Part shown: piece by piece, positions 18,585 to 27,865 of the stretch
Numbering within the stretch: the stretch's first letter is position 1
Layout: every line of letters begins with the position of its first letter
NCBI GenBank assembly: GCA_963826115.1
Contig: CAWGVS010000008.1
Location: forward strand, 30,118-94,117
DNA length: 64,000 bases
Direction: 5' to 3'
Source of the DNA: an uncultured Candidatus Rokubacteria bacterium
Lineage (GTDB): Bacteria > Methylomirabilota > Methylomirabilia > Rokubacteriales > DASRDR01
The notes under the pieces: generated by a model
The model's database searches: none
What the model was told of the DNA's origin: nothing
What the model saw: the letters and a program-made list of their open reading frames with translations, nothing else
Program-made: the position numbers and the translations under genes

Positions 18585-19396
18585 CGCGCCGCGCTCCGCG
18601 GCGCCGCGACCCCGTCGAGGAGGTCGCCGAGGGACTCGAGGACGTGATCGGGGCGCCAGCCCGCGATCGCCGGATCGCCCGCCCGCGTGACGCCGGTGAG
18701 GACGAGGATCGTGCCGAGCCCCGCCGCGCGGCCCATGGCGATGTCGGTCTCGAGCCGGTCCCCGACGATCGCGCACTCGCCCGCGGGCAGGCCGAGCTGG
18801 TCGAGGGCCACCCGGAGCGTGATCGGCGACGGCTTCCCGACCACCGGATCGACGCGCCGGCCCGTCACGCCCTCCACCGCGCCGATCATCCCGGCGGCGT
18901 CCGGGATCTCCCCGCCCTCGACCGGACACGTGCGGTCCGGGTTGGTGCCGACGAGACGGGCCCCGTGTCGCGTGACCGCCTGGAGCGCCACGTCGAGCTT
19001 CCGGTAGTCGAACGTCCGGTCGAACGCCACCACGACGTAGTCTACCCTGGCGTCGTCGACCGGCGCGAGGCCGGCCGCCCGCAGCTCCTCGACGAGCGGG
19101 GGCTCGCCGATCACGAAGCAGCGCGCCCCGGGCGCCTCACGGGCGAGGTAGCGCGCCAGGACGTACGAGGAGTTGATCACCTCGTCGCCGCCGGTGGGAA
19201 CGCCGAGCCGCGTGAGCTTCGCCGCGTAGTCCGCGCGGCTCTGGATGGGCTTGTTGGACAGGAACCCCACCCGGCGCCCCGCGGCGCGGAGCGCCGCGAT
19301 CGCCTCGCGCGCGCCGGGGAGGAGCCGCTCGCCGAGATACACCGTGCCGTCCAGGTCGAGGAGGAACCCCCGGTAGGGGAAGCGGGGGGAGATCAC
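18581..19396 (-). CDS. HAD-IIA (NagD-like) phosphatase
   Basis: DLDGTVY, SNK, TNPD..CP, VGKPS, VGDRLETDI. Confidence 0.92.
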   Translation of the reverse strand: MISPRFPYRGFLLDLDGTVYLGERLLPGAREAIAALRAAGRRVGFLSNKPIQSRADYAAKLTRLGVPTGGDEVINSSYVLARYLAREAPGARCFVIGEPPLVEELRAAGLAPVDDARVDYVVVAFDRTFDYRKLDVALQAVTRHGARLVGTNPDRTCPVEGGEIPDAAGMIGAVEGVTGRRVDPVVGKPSPITLRVALDQLGLPAGECAIVGDRLETDIAMGRAAGLGTILVLTGVTRAGDPAIAGWRPDHVLESLGDLLDGVAAPRSAAR

Positions 19397-19401
19397 GGCC
19401 C

Positions 19402-19431
19402 ATTCTGGGCGGGCGTTCCGAGGGGTGTCAA
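19402..19431 (-). promoter_or_regulatory. sigma70 promoter giving a probably leaderless HAD-glpD transcript
   Basis: TTGACA-18 bp-CAGAAT, then 5 nt to the GTG start; no SD. Confidence 0.6.
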
Positions 19432-19497
19432 GGCAAGTGGTCTGGCGCGGTGTACCGCGGTACAGCTGGGGTCGGCGGGGCCTCGATGCCCCGCGCG

Positions 19498-19896
19498 TCA
19501 GGGACGAATGCGAACGACCGCGACGGCCTCGATCTCGACCAGGAGGCCTGGGAGGGCGAGCCGGCTGACCTCGACCAGAGTGCTCGCCGGGCGGTTCGCG
19601 CCGAAGTACGCCTGGCGGACCTCGTTGACCCGTGGCCGGTCGTCCACGTTCGCCAGGAAGACCGTGACCTTCACGACATCGTCGAGGGTCGCGCCGCCCG
19701 CGGCGAGGACCCGCCGGATGTTCTCGAGCACCTGGCGGGTCTGGGCGACGACGTCGCCCGGGCCGACGAGGCGCCCCTCGCCGTCGAGCGCCACCTGCCC
19801 CGAGACGTAGACCGTGTCGCCGATCTTGACCCCGTTCGAGTAGTGGCTGATCGGGGCGGGCAAGCCGGGCGGGTTGAGGAGCGTGTGACCGGGCAC
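19498..19896 (-). CDS. RidA/YjgF family protein
   Basis: VYVSGQ, DVVKVTVFL, RPASTLVEV, VEIEAVA. Confidence 0.9.
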   Translation of the reverse strand: MPGHTLLNPPGLPAPISHYSNGVKIGDTVYVSGQVALDGEGRLVGPGDVVAQTRQVLENIRRVLAAGGATLDDVVKVTVFLANVDDRPRVNEVRQAYFGANRPASTLVEVSRLALPGLLVEIEAVAVVRIRP

Positions 19897-19904
19897 GGCG
19901 CGCC

Positions 19905-21359
19905 CTACGGGAGGAGCGGGGCCACGGCGCGCTGGGCCATCGCCAGAACCGGTCCCGGCCAGAGGCCGAGCTGGAGCGTGACCCAGGCGGACACGAGGAG
20001 CGCGATCGACGCCGCCGGGGTCACGAGGGCCGTCGTCGGCGCCCCCTCGGGCTCGCGCATGTACATGTAGACGATGAGGCGCAGGTAGTAGTACGCCGCC
20101 ACCACCGAGTTCAGGACCGCGATCACCGCCAGCCCGACGAGCCCGCGCTGGATCGCCGCGCTGAAGAGGTAGAACTTCCCGACGAACCCGGCCGTGGGCG
20201 GCATCCCGATCAGCGCCAGCAGGAAGACCGTGAGGCCGAGCGCGAGGATCGGGTGGCGCCCGGCCAGGCCGCCGTAGGCGGCGAGGTCCACGGCCTCCTC
20301 CCCCTCGCGCTCGAGCAGCAGGATCGTGCCGAAGGCCCCGACCGACGCGGCGGCGTAGACGCCCAGGTAGAAGAGCACCGCCGGCGCGCCCGGCCCGAGA
20401 CCGGCGGCGAGGCCCACCAGCATGTAGCCCACGTGGGCGATCGAGGAGTAGGCGAGGAGACGCTTCACGTTGGACTGGGCGAGCGCCACCACGTTGCCGA
20501 CCGTCATCGTGAGCGCTGCCATCAGCCAGAGGGCCGCCGCCCAGTCCGCCTGGAGGGCCTGCATCGCGACCAGGACCCGGAGGAGCGCCCCGAAGGCGGC
20601 GGCCTTCGAGCCGGTGGCGATGAACGCCGCCACCGCGGTGGGCGCCCCCTGATAGACGTCGGGCGCCCACTGGTGGAAGGGCACCGCGGAGGTCTTGAAC
20701 CCGAACCCGACGAGCAGCAGGGCCAGACCCGCCAGGACCATCGGGTCGCGCGCCACGCCCGGGACCGCGAGGGCCGTGCCGAGGCGCGCGAGGTTGGTGG
20801 TCCCCGTCGCGCCGAAGAGGAGCGCGATCCCGTACAGGAAGAAGCCGCTGGCGAAGGCGCCGAGCAGGAAGTACTTCAGCGCGGCCTCGTTGCCCTCGAC
20901 CCGCGTCCGGAAGGTGCCGGCGAGGACGTAGAGGGAGAGGGACATGAGCTCGAGCGCGAGGAAGATGACGAGGAGGTCCGTCCCGGCCGCCATGAGCATC
21001 ATGCCGATGGTGGCGAACAGCACCAGCGCGTAGTACTCGCCGGGGGCCACGCCGAGGCGCGGCAGGTAGCCCACGGACAGGAGCAGCACGAGGACGGCCG
21101 CGCCGCCAATGACCACGTTGAGGAACAGGGTCGGGCCGTCCACGACGACCATCCCCTGGAAGCTCGACGCCGGGCCGCCCCAGAGGAGCGCCGACACGAC
21201 CACCGCCCCGGCCACGCCGAGGATCCCGGTGGCGGCGAGCACCCCCGGCCGCCCGCCGCCGGGCGTCGCGTCGAGAAGGAGGCAGGCGAAGCACGCCACG
21301 ACCACGATGATGACCGGGTAGAGCGCCGGCCAGTCGAGGGTCGGCAGGCCCGCCGTCAC
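19905..21359 (-). CDS. nuoN: NADH-quinone oxidoreductase subunit N
   Basis: LELMSLSLY, EAALKYFLLGA, FKTSAVPFHQWAPDVYQGAPT, GFVGKF. Confidence 0.95.
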   Translation of the reverse strand: MTAGLPTLDWPALYPVIIVVVACFACLLLDATPGGGRPGVLAATGILGVAGAVVVSALLWGGPASSFQGMVVVDGPTLFLNVVIGGAAVLVLLLSVGYLPRLGVAPGEYYALVLFATIGMMLMAAGTDLLVIFLALELMSLSLYVLAGTFRTRVEGNEAALKYFLLGAFASGFFLYGIALLFGATGTTNLARLGTALAVPGVARDPMVLAGLALLLVGFGFKTSAVPFHQWAPDVYQGAPTAVAAFIATGSKAAAFGALLRVLVAMQALQADWAAALWLMAALTMTVGNVVALAQSNVKRLLAYSSIAHVGYMLVGLAAGLGPGAPAVLFYLGVYAAASVGAFGTILLLEREGEEAVDLAAYGGLAGRHPILALGLTVFLLALIGMPPTAGFVGKFYLFSAAIQRGLVGLAVIAVLNSVVAAYYYLRLIVYMYMREPEGAPTTALVTPAASIALLVSAWVTLQLGLWPGPVLAMAQRAVAPLLP

Positions 21360-22891
21360 CGCCCGACCGTCCCCGCGCCGGCGTGCCAGGCCACGGGCGC
21401 CGTCACCGGCGCGGCCGCCGCGCGCTTGTCCTTGATCACCTGGAGCAGCTCGGCCACCGCCGTCTCGGTCACCGCCGTGAAGGGCTTCGGGTAGACGCCG
21501 ATCCACACGATCAGGAGCAGGATCGGGACCAGCGTCCAGATCTCCCGCGCGTTCAGGTCGACCAGCCGGCGGTTCTCCTCGTGGCGCACCTCGCCGAAGA
21601 TGACGCGCTGGTACATCCACAGGAGGTACACCGCGGCGAAGACGATGCCGGCCGTCCCGAGGACCGCCACCGGCCGGCTCCACTGGAACGCCCCGACCAG
21701 GATGAGGAACTCGCCCACGAAGCCGTTGAGACCGGGCAGGCCCACCGACGAGAACGTCACGACCATCAGGATTGCCGAGAACACGGGCACGATGGCCCAG
21801 AGCCCGCCGAAGTCCGCGATGAGGCGGGAGTGGCGCCGCTCGTAGAGCATCCCGATGAGGAGGAAGAGGGCGCCGGTCGAGAGCCCGTGGTTGACCATCT
21901 GGATGATGCCGCCCACCAGCCCCTGGACCGTGAACGTGAACAGTCCGAGCATCACGAAGCCGAGGTGGCTCACCGACGAGTAGGCGACCAGCTTCTTCAT
22001 GTCGGGCTGCACCGTGGACACCCAGGCGCCGTACAGGATGCCGATCAGGGCGAGGGCCACGACGACCGGGGCCAGCCGCACCGCCGCGTCCGGAAAGAGC
22101 GGCAGGCCGAAGCGAAGGAAGCCGTAGGTCCCCATCTTGAGGAGGACGCCGGCCAGGATCACGCTGCCCGCGGTGGGCGCCTCGACGTGCGCGTCGGGGA
22201 GCCAGGTGTGGAACGGGAACATCGGCACCTTGATCGCGAAGGCGAGCGCGAAGGCGAGGAAGAGCACGGTCTGGAGCCCGGGGTCGATGCGGAGCTGCAG
22301 CGCGGCGCCGTAGTCGAACGACGCCGACCCCCGGTCCTGCAGGAAGTAGAGGGTCAGGATGGCCAGGAGCATCAGGGCGGAGCCGGCCATCGTGTACAGG
22401 ATGAACTTCACCGCCGCGTAGACGCGGCGCGGCCCGCCCCAGACCCCGATGATCAGGTACATCGGGATCAGCATCGCCTCCCAGAAGACGAAGAAGAGGA
22501 ACAGGTCGAGGGCCACGAAGACGCCGAGCATCCCCGTCTCCAGGAGGCACATCGCCACCAGGAACTCCTTCACCCGCGTGGTGATCTGCGTCCAGGCGGA
22601 CAGGAGACAGAGCGGCGTGAGAAGGGTCGTCAGGAGGACGAGGAGGAGGCTGATGCCGTCGACCCCGAGGTGGTAGCTGATCCCGGCGCCCGGGATCCAC
22701 GCGCGCTGCTCGGCGAATTGCATGCCCGGCCGCGCGCGGTCGAAGCCGATCCAGAGGAGCATCGAGACCGCGAACGTGGCGGTGGTGACGGCGAGCGCGA
22801 CCTGGCGCAGGCGGCGCGTGTCCCGCCCGTCGAGGAGCAGGAGGGCCAGGGCCCCCAGGGTCGGGAGCCAGACGAGCGTGCTCAGCAGCAC
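21356..22891 (-). CDS. nuoM: NADH-quinone oxidoreductase subunit M
   Basis: LGVDGIS, FWEAMLIPMY, HTWLPDAHVEAPT, LPGLNGFVGEF. Confidence 0.96.
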   Translation of the reverse strand: MLLSTLVWLPTLGALALLLLDGRDTRRLRQVALAVTTATFAVSMLLWIGFDRARPGMQFAEQRAWIPGAGISYHLGVDGISLLLVLLTTLLTPLCLLSAWTQITTRVKEFLVAMCLLETGMLGVFVALDLFLFFVFWEAMLIPMYLIIGVWGGPRRVYAAVKFILYTMAGSALMLLAILTLYFLQDRGSASFDYGAALQLRIDPGLQTVLFLAFALAFAIKVPMFPFHTWLPDAHVEAPTAGSVILAGVLLKMGTYGFLRFGLPLFPDAAVRLAPVVVALALIGILYGAWVSTVQPDMKKLVAYSSVSHLGFVMLGLFTFTVQGLVGGIIQMVNHGLSTGALFLLIGMLYERRHSRLIADFGGLWAIVPVFSAILMVVTFSSVGLPGLNGFVGEFLILVGAFQWSRPVAVLGTAGIVFAAVYLLWMYQRVIFGEVRHEENRRLVDLNAREIWTLVPILLLIVWIGVYPKPFTAVTETAVAELLQVIKDKRAAAAPVTAPVAWHAGAGTVGR

Positions 22892-22901
22892 CGGGCCCGC
22901 C

Positions 22902-24785
22902 TCATCGCGGCCAGAGGAACCAGCCGAGGAGCGCCACCACGCCCGCCAGCATCGAGAGCGCGTAGTTCATGACGAAGCCGGTCTGGTAGCGCCGGAGCCG
23001 TCCCGCGGCGCGCCCGACCACGGCCGCCACGCCGTTCACGGCGCCGTCGATCACGCCGGCGTCGAAGGTCTCGGCGCACCAGCGCGAGAGCGCGAACAGC
23101 GGGCGGACGAAGAGGCGGTCGTAGAGCTCGTCCACGTAGTACTTGTTGAGCAGCACCCGGTGCAGCCCGCTCTGCGGCACCCCGATCTTCGCGAGATCCG
23201 CGCGCCCCCGCACGTAGAGCTGCCACGCCACGGTGAGCCCGGCGAGGCTGGCCACCACCGACACCACCATCAGCGCCCAGGACGGCCCGTGATGGGCGCC
23301 CTCCGCGGCGTGGCCTCCGCCCAGCACCGGGGCGAGGAAGCGGTCGAGCGCGGTCCCGTGCTCCCCGGGCAGGCCCCACACGCCCGCCCCGGCCGCGAGC
23401 ACGGCCAGGATGGCCAAGGGCGCCGTCATGACGGGCGGTGACTCGTGGACGTGGTGCGCGACCTCGTGGTCCACCCGCGAGTGCCCGAAGAACGCGAGCA
23501 GCACGAGCCGCCACATGTAGAAGGTGGTGAGGGCCGAGCCCACCAGGAGGAGCGCGAAGATCACCGGCTTCCCCGCGAAGTAGGCGCCCGCGAGGATCTC
23601 GTCCTTCGAGAAGAAGCCCGAGAAGGGCGGCAGACCGGAGATCGCCACCGTCGCCACCAGCATCGTGTAGAAGGTGACGGGGAGCTTCCGCCCGAGCCCG
23701 CCCATCTTCCGGAGGTCCTGCTCGCCCGACAGCGCGTGGATGACCGAGCCGGCGCCCAGGAAGAGGAGCGCCTTGAAGAACGCGTGGGTCACCAGGTGGA
23801 AGATGCCCGCGGTGTACGCGCCCACGCCGACGCCGACGAACATGTACCCCAGCTGGCTCACGGTCGAGTAGGCGAGGACGCGCTTGATGTCGGTCTGGAC
23901 GAGGCCGATCGTCGCGGCGAACACCGCGGTGAGCACGCCGACCCACGCGACCACGTCGAGGGCCACGCCGGACCGCTCGAACAGGGTGTGCGCGCGCGCG
24001 ACGAGGTACACGCCGGCCGTCACCATCGTCGCCGCGTGGATGAGGGCGGAGACCGGCGTCGGGCCCTCCATCGCGTCGGGCAGCCAGGTGTGGAGGGGCA
24101 GCTGCGCCGACTTCCCGCACGCGCCCATGAAGAGGAGCAGGCTGATCGCGGTGGCCGTCCCGACGGCCAAGGTCGGCGCCTTGGCGAACACCTCGGCGTA
24201 CTCGAGCGTTCCGAGGCTCGTCCAGAGCAGCATGATCCCGAGCGCGAACCCGCAGTCCCCCACGCGGTTCACGATGAACGCCTTCTTGCCCGCGTTCGCC
24301 GCCGACTCCCGCGTGTACCAGAACCCGATCAGGAGGTAGCTGCAGAGACCCACCGCCTCCCAGAAGACGTAGAGAAGGAGGAAGTTCCCGGCGAGCACCA
24401 GCATGACCATCGAGAAGACGAAGAGGTTCAGGTAGGTGAAGAAGCGCGGGTAGTCGGGGTCGTCGCGCATGTAGCCGATCGAGTAGACGTGGATCAGAAA
24501 CCCGACGCCGGTCACCACCAGCAGCATCACGGCCGACAGCTGGTCGAGCTGGAGGGTGAGCGGCGCGCGGAACGTCCCGGCCACGATCCAGTCGACGAGC
24601 GACCCCGTGAACGTCTCGTGCTCCCGCCACACCCGGAGGAAGGCGAGGAGCGCCATCACGAACGCGAGGCCGACGGCGGGGGCCGCCACCCAGGACGCCC
24701 GGCGCCCGAGGCGGCGGCCGAGGGCGAGGTTGACGAGCGCGCCCGCGAGCGGCAACGCGGGGATCAACCAGACGAGGTGGATCAT
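22902..24785 (-). CDS. nuoL: NADH-quinone oxidoreductase subunit L
   Basis: KKAFIVNRVGD, WLPDAMEGPTPVSALIHAATMV, HAFFKALLFL, YQTG. Confidence 0.96.
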   Translation of the reverse strand: MIHLVWLIPALPLAGALVNLALGRRLGRRASWVAAPAVGLAFVMALLAFLRVWREHETFTGSLVDWIVAGTFRAPLTLQLDQLSAVMLLVVTGVGFLIHVYSIGYMRDDPDYPRFFTYLNLFVFSMVMLVLAGNFLLLYVFWEAVGLCSYLLIGFWYTRESAANAGKKAFIVNRVGDCGFALGIMLLWTSLGTLEYAEVFAKAPTLAVGTATAISLLLFMGACGKSAQLPLHTWLPDAMEGPTPVSALIHAATMVTAGVYLVARAHTLFERSGVALDVVAWVGVLTAVFAATIGLVQTDIKRVLAYSTVSQLGYMFVGVGVGAYTAGIFHLVTHAFFKALLFLGAGSVIHALSGEQDLRKMGGLGRKLPVTFYTMLVATVAISGLPPFSGFFSKDEILAGAYFAGKPVIFALLLVGSALTTFYMWRLVLLAFFGHSRVDHEVAHHVHESPPVMTAPLAILAVLAAGAGVWGLPGEHGTALDRFLAPVLGGGHAAEGAHHGPSWALMVVSVVASLAGLTVAWQLYVRGRADLAKIGVPQSGLHRVLLNKYYVDELYDRLFVRPLFALSRWCAETFDAGVIDGAVNGVAAVVGRAAGRLRRYQTGFVMNYALSMLAGVVALLGWFLWPR

Positions 24786-24854
24786 TCGTGTGCGGCCATC
24801 GGGTGCGGACGCAGCGCGGCCCGGGGCGCGCCCCGGGCCGTCGCGACGAGCCCT

Positions 24855-24883
24855 ACCCTAGCGGACCCCCCGGGGGGTGTCAA
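24855..24883 (-). promoter_or_regulatory. sigma70 promoter of nuoLMN
   Basis: TTGACA-17 bp-TAGGGT. Confidence 0.65.
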
Positions 24884-24901
24884 GGCGAGCGCGCCCCGGC
24901 T

Positions 24902-25285
24902 CTAGTTGGAGGGACCGGTCACGAGACGGCCCGCGGCAAGGCCGAGCCAGCAGAGGACCAGGCAGAGGCCCGTGGTGACCACGACGTTCACCCAGGCCTT
25001 CCCCCAGGCTCCGAGGGCCATGAGCCGCACCGTCTCGTAGGTGAAGGCCGAGTAGGTGGTCATGCCCCCCATCACGCCCACCACGAGGAAGAGCCGCGTC
25101 GTCTCCGGGATCACGCTGGCCGCGAGCTGCTGGATCAGCCCGATGAGGAACGCGCCGGCGAGGTTGACCAGGAGCGTGCCGTAGGGAAACCCCATCCCGA
25201 GCCACTGGACGGCCCAGAGGCCGACGAGGTACCGCGTGCCGGTGCCGATGGCGCCGCCGAGCGAGATCAGGAGGAGCTGGCGCAC
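24902..25285 (-). CDS. crcB: Fluoride channel Fluc/CrcB
   Basis: GGAIGTGTRY, FPYGTLLVN, GVMGGMTTYSAFTYE. Confidence 0.93.
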   Translation of the reverse strand: MRQLLLISLGGAIGTGTRYLVGLWAVQWLGMGFPYGTLLVNLAGAFLIGLIQQLAASVIPETTRLFLVVGVMGGMTTYSAFTYETVRLMALGAWGKAWVNVVVTTGLCLVLCWLGLAAGRLVTGPSN

Positions 25286-25309
25286 CCGATGCCTCCGGCG
25301 CGGGAGGGC

Positions 25310-26731
25310 TCAGCCACCGGCCGTGAGCCCGAGCTGGCGGAGCTTCTTCCGGAGCGTGTTCCGGTTGATCCCGAGGAGCGCCGCCGCCCGAAGCTGGTTC
25401 CCGTTCGTCTCTCGCAGGACGGCACGCAGGAGCGGCCGCTCTACCAACCCGATCAGGAGGTCGTAGAGGTTCGCGGATTCCCGCCGGCCCAGGCCGCGAA
25501 CGCACTCCGCGAGCTTCTGCTCGACCAGCTGCTCGAGGGTCCCGGCCGCGGCCGGCGGGGGGCCGCCCCCGGGCGCGATCGGCAGGTGCTCGGGCAGGAT
25601 GACGCCGCCCGTCGCCATCACCATGGCGTGCTGGATCACGTTCTCGAGCTCACGGACGTTGCCCGGCCAACCGTAGCCCATGAGCCGCTCGAGGGCCTCG
25701 GTGGCCACCGCCCGCTCCCCGAGCTCCGCCCCGTACTTCCCGAGGAAGTGGTCCACGAGGAAGGGCACGTCCTCGATGCGCTCGCGAAGCGGCGGCAGCG
25801 TCAGCGTGACCACGTTGAGGCGGTAGTAGAGGTCCTCGCGAAAGCGCCCGTCGCGGATGAGGGTCTCCAGGTCGCGGTTGGTGGCGGCGACCACGCGGAC
25901 GTCGACGGGGATGGCCTCGCCGCCGCCGACGCGCTCCAGCTGCCGCTCCTGCAGGACGCGCAGGAGCTTCGGCTGGAGCTCGGGCCCGAGGTCGCCGACC
26001 TCGTCGAGGTACATCGTGCCGCCGCTCGCGAGCTCGAAGCGGCCGAGGCGGCGCTGGTGCGCGTCGGTGAACGCCCCTCGCTCGTGGCCGAACAGCTCGG
26101 ACTCGAGCAGCGTCGCCGGGATCGCCGCACACGAGACCGCCACGAAGGGCTTCCCCGCCCGCCGGCTGTAGTGGTGGATCGCCCGGGCGACGACCTCCTT
26201 GCCCGTCCCCGACTCCCCGCGGAGGAGCACGGTGACGTCGGTGCCGGCGATCCGCCCGATCGTCTTGTACACCTCCTGCATGCGGGGGGACTTGCCGACG
26301 AGCGCCCCGAACTCCCAGACCTCCTGGATCCCGGTCCGGAGCTCGACGACCTCGCGGGCGAGCGCGCGCGCCGAGAGGGCGCGCTCGGCGAGGAGCCGCA
26401 CCTCGTCGTTGTCGAACGGCTTCGTGAGGTAGTCGTAGGCCCCGCGCTGCATCGCCTCGACGGCGGAGCGCACGCTCCCGTGGGCGGTCATGACGATCAC
26501 CGCGGTGTCGGGAGCCGCGGTCTTCAGGCGGGAGAGCACCTCGAGTCCGTCGATCTCCGGCATCCGCACGTCGACGAACGCGAGATCGTACGGCTCCGCG
26601 GCGGCGTGCGCGAGCGCCCCGGCCCCGTCCTCGACGACGGTGACGGAGTGGCCGGCCTGCCGCAGGACGCGCTCGAGGAGCCAGCGCATCGAGGGCTCGT
26701 CGTCCGCGACCAGGATCCGCGCGGGGGTCAT
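25310..26731 (-). CDS. sigma54-dependent response regulator, NtrC-like
   Basis: REC domain (ADDE, DVRMP, KPF), GESGTGKE, GAFTDA, WPGNVRELEN, Fis HTH GNQLRAAALLGINRNTLRKK. Confidence 0.92.
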   Translation of the reverse strand: MTPARILVADDEPSMRWLLERVLRQAGHSVTVVEDGAGALAHAAAEPYDLAFVDVRMPEIDGLEVLSRLKTAAPDTAVIVMTAHGSVRSAVEAMQRGAYDYLTKPFDNDEVRLLAERALSARALAREVVELRTGIQEVWEFGALVGKSPRMQEVYKTIGRIAGTDVTVLLRGESGTGKEVVARAIHHYSRRAGKPFVAVSCAAIPATLLESELFGHERGAFTDAHQRRLGRFELASGGTMYLDEVGDLGPELQPKLLRVLQERQLERVGGGEAIPVDVRVVAATNRDLETLIRDGRFREDLYYRLNVVTLTLPPLRERIEDVPFLVDHFLGKYGAELGERAVATEALERLMGYGWPGNVRELENVIQHAMVMATGGVILPEHLPIAPGGGPPPAAAGTLEQLVEQKLAECVRGLGRRESANLYDLLIGLVERPLLRAVLRETNGNQLRAAALLGINRNTLRKKLRQLGLTAGG

Positions 26732-27861
26732 CGGGCGGCGGGGGGCGGCGCTGGCGCGACCGCGGTCGGGGCGATCGGCAGGTAGGCGCTGAAGACGGTC
26801 CCCTTGCCCGGCGTGCTGGCCACGCGGAGGGCGCCGCGGTGCTCGTCGACGATGCGGTGCGCGAGCGCGAGACCGAGGCCGAGGCCGCGGGGCTTCGTGG
26901 TCACGAACGGATCGAAGACCCGGTCGAGGATCTCGGGGGGAATGCCCTCTCCCTCGTCCGTCACCTGGACCTCGACCAGCGGGCGCGACCCCGTCCCGGC
27001 GTCGACGCGCCCGCCGAAGACCGCGTCGAGCGAGAGCCGGGTCGTGAGCGTGAGCCGCCCCCCGCCCGGCATCGCCTCGACCCCGTTCTGCACCAGGTTC
27101 TGGAACACCTGGACGAGCCGGTCGGCGTCCGCCCAGAGCGGCGGGAGGCTCGGATCGTAGCGGCGCACGAGCTGCACCTCGTGGGCCCGCGCCGCCGGCT
27201 CCGCGAGCAGCGTGACGCGGTCGAGGAGCTCGTGGAGGTTCACGAATCCGAAGGTGAACGTGAGCGGGCGGCCGAGGTCGAGCAGCGCCTCCATCACGCG
27301 GTTCACGCGGTCGATCTCGGCGAGCATGACGGTCACGTGCTCGCGGAACGGCCCGGCGCCGAGCTCTTCACCCAGGAGCTGGGCGACGCCGCGGATCGCG
27401 CCCAGCGGGTTCCGGATCTCGTGCGCGAGAGCGAGCGCCATCTGCCCGAGCGCCGAGAGCCGCTCGCCCCGCCGGACCTCCGCCTCGAGCGCCCGGATCC
27501 GCGAGAGGTCGCGCAGGACCGCGACCGCGCCGCGGAGACTCCCGGTCGGCCCGTGGATCGGCGCCGTCAGCACGCTCACCGGGATCGCGCGGCCGTCCGT
27601 CGTCGTGAGCTCCGACTCGGGCTCGGCGCGGCCCTCGGCCAGCCGGACCGTCTCGCCGAGGTGCCGGATCAGTCGGGCCTCCGCGCCGAGGCACTCGGGG
27701 AGGAGGCGCTCGAGGGCGCGCGTCGCCGAGCGTCCGGTGAGCGCCTCGGCCGCGCCGTTCCACAGGAACACGGTGAGGTCGGGCCGGACGCCGATCACCG
27801 CGTCGGGCAGGCTCGCCAGGAGCCGGTCGACCTCGGAAACGGGGCCGCCGCCGACCGTCAC
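26728..27861 (-). CDS. Cytoplasmic PAS sensor histidine kinase, NtrB-like
   Basis: PAS domain, AHEIRNPLGAIRG.AQLL, RYDPSLP, DEGEGIP, FDPFVTTK, GLGL. Confidence 0.9.
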   Translation of the reverse strand: MTVGGGPVSEVDRLLASLPDAVIGVRPDLTVFLWNGAAEALTGRSATRALERLLPECLGAEARLIRHLGETVRLAEGRAEPESELTTTDGRAIPVSVLTAPIHGPTGSLRGAVAVLRDLSRIRALEAEVRRGERLSALGQMALALAHEIRNPLGAIRGVAQLLGEELGAGPFREHVTVMLAEIDRVNRVMEALLDLGRPLTFTFGFVNLHELLDRVTLLAEPAARAHEVQLVRRYDPSLPPLWADADRLVQVFQNLVQNGVEAMPGGGRLTLTTRLSLDAVFGGRVDAGTGSRPLVEVQVTDEGEGIPPEILDRVFDPFVTTKPRGLGLGLALAHRIVDEHRGALRVASTPGKGTVFSAYLPIAPTAVAPAPPPAAR

Positions 27862-27865
27862 GGCG

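Noticed and set aside
25286-25309. Fluoride riboswitch before crcB
   Set aside because: The gap is only 24 nt and contains just an RBS.
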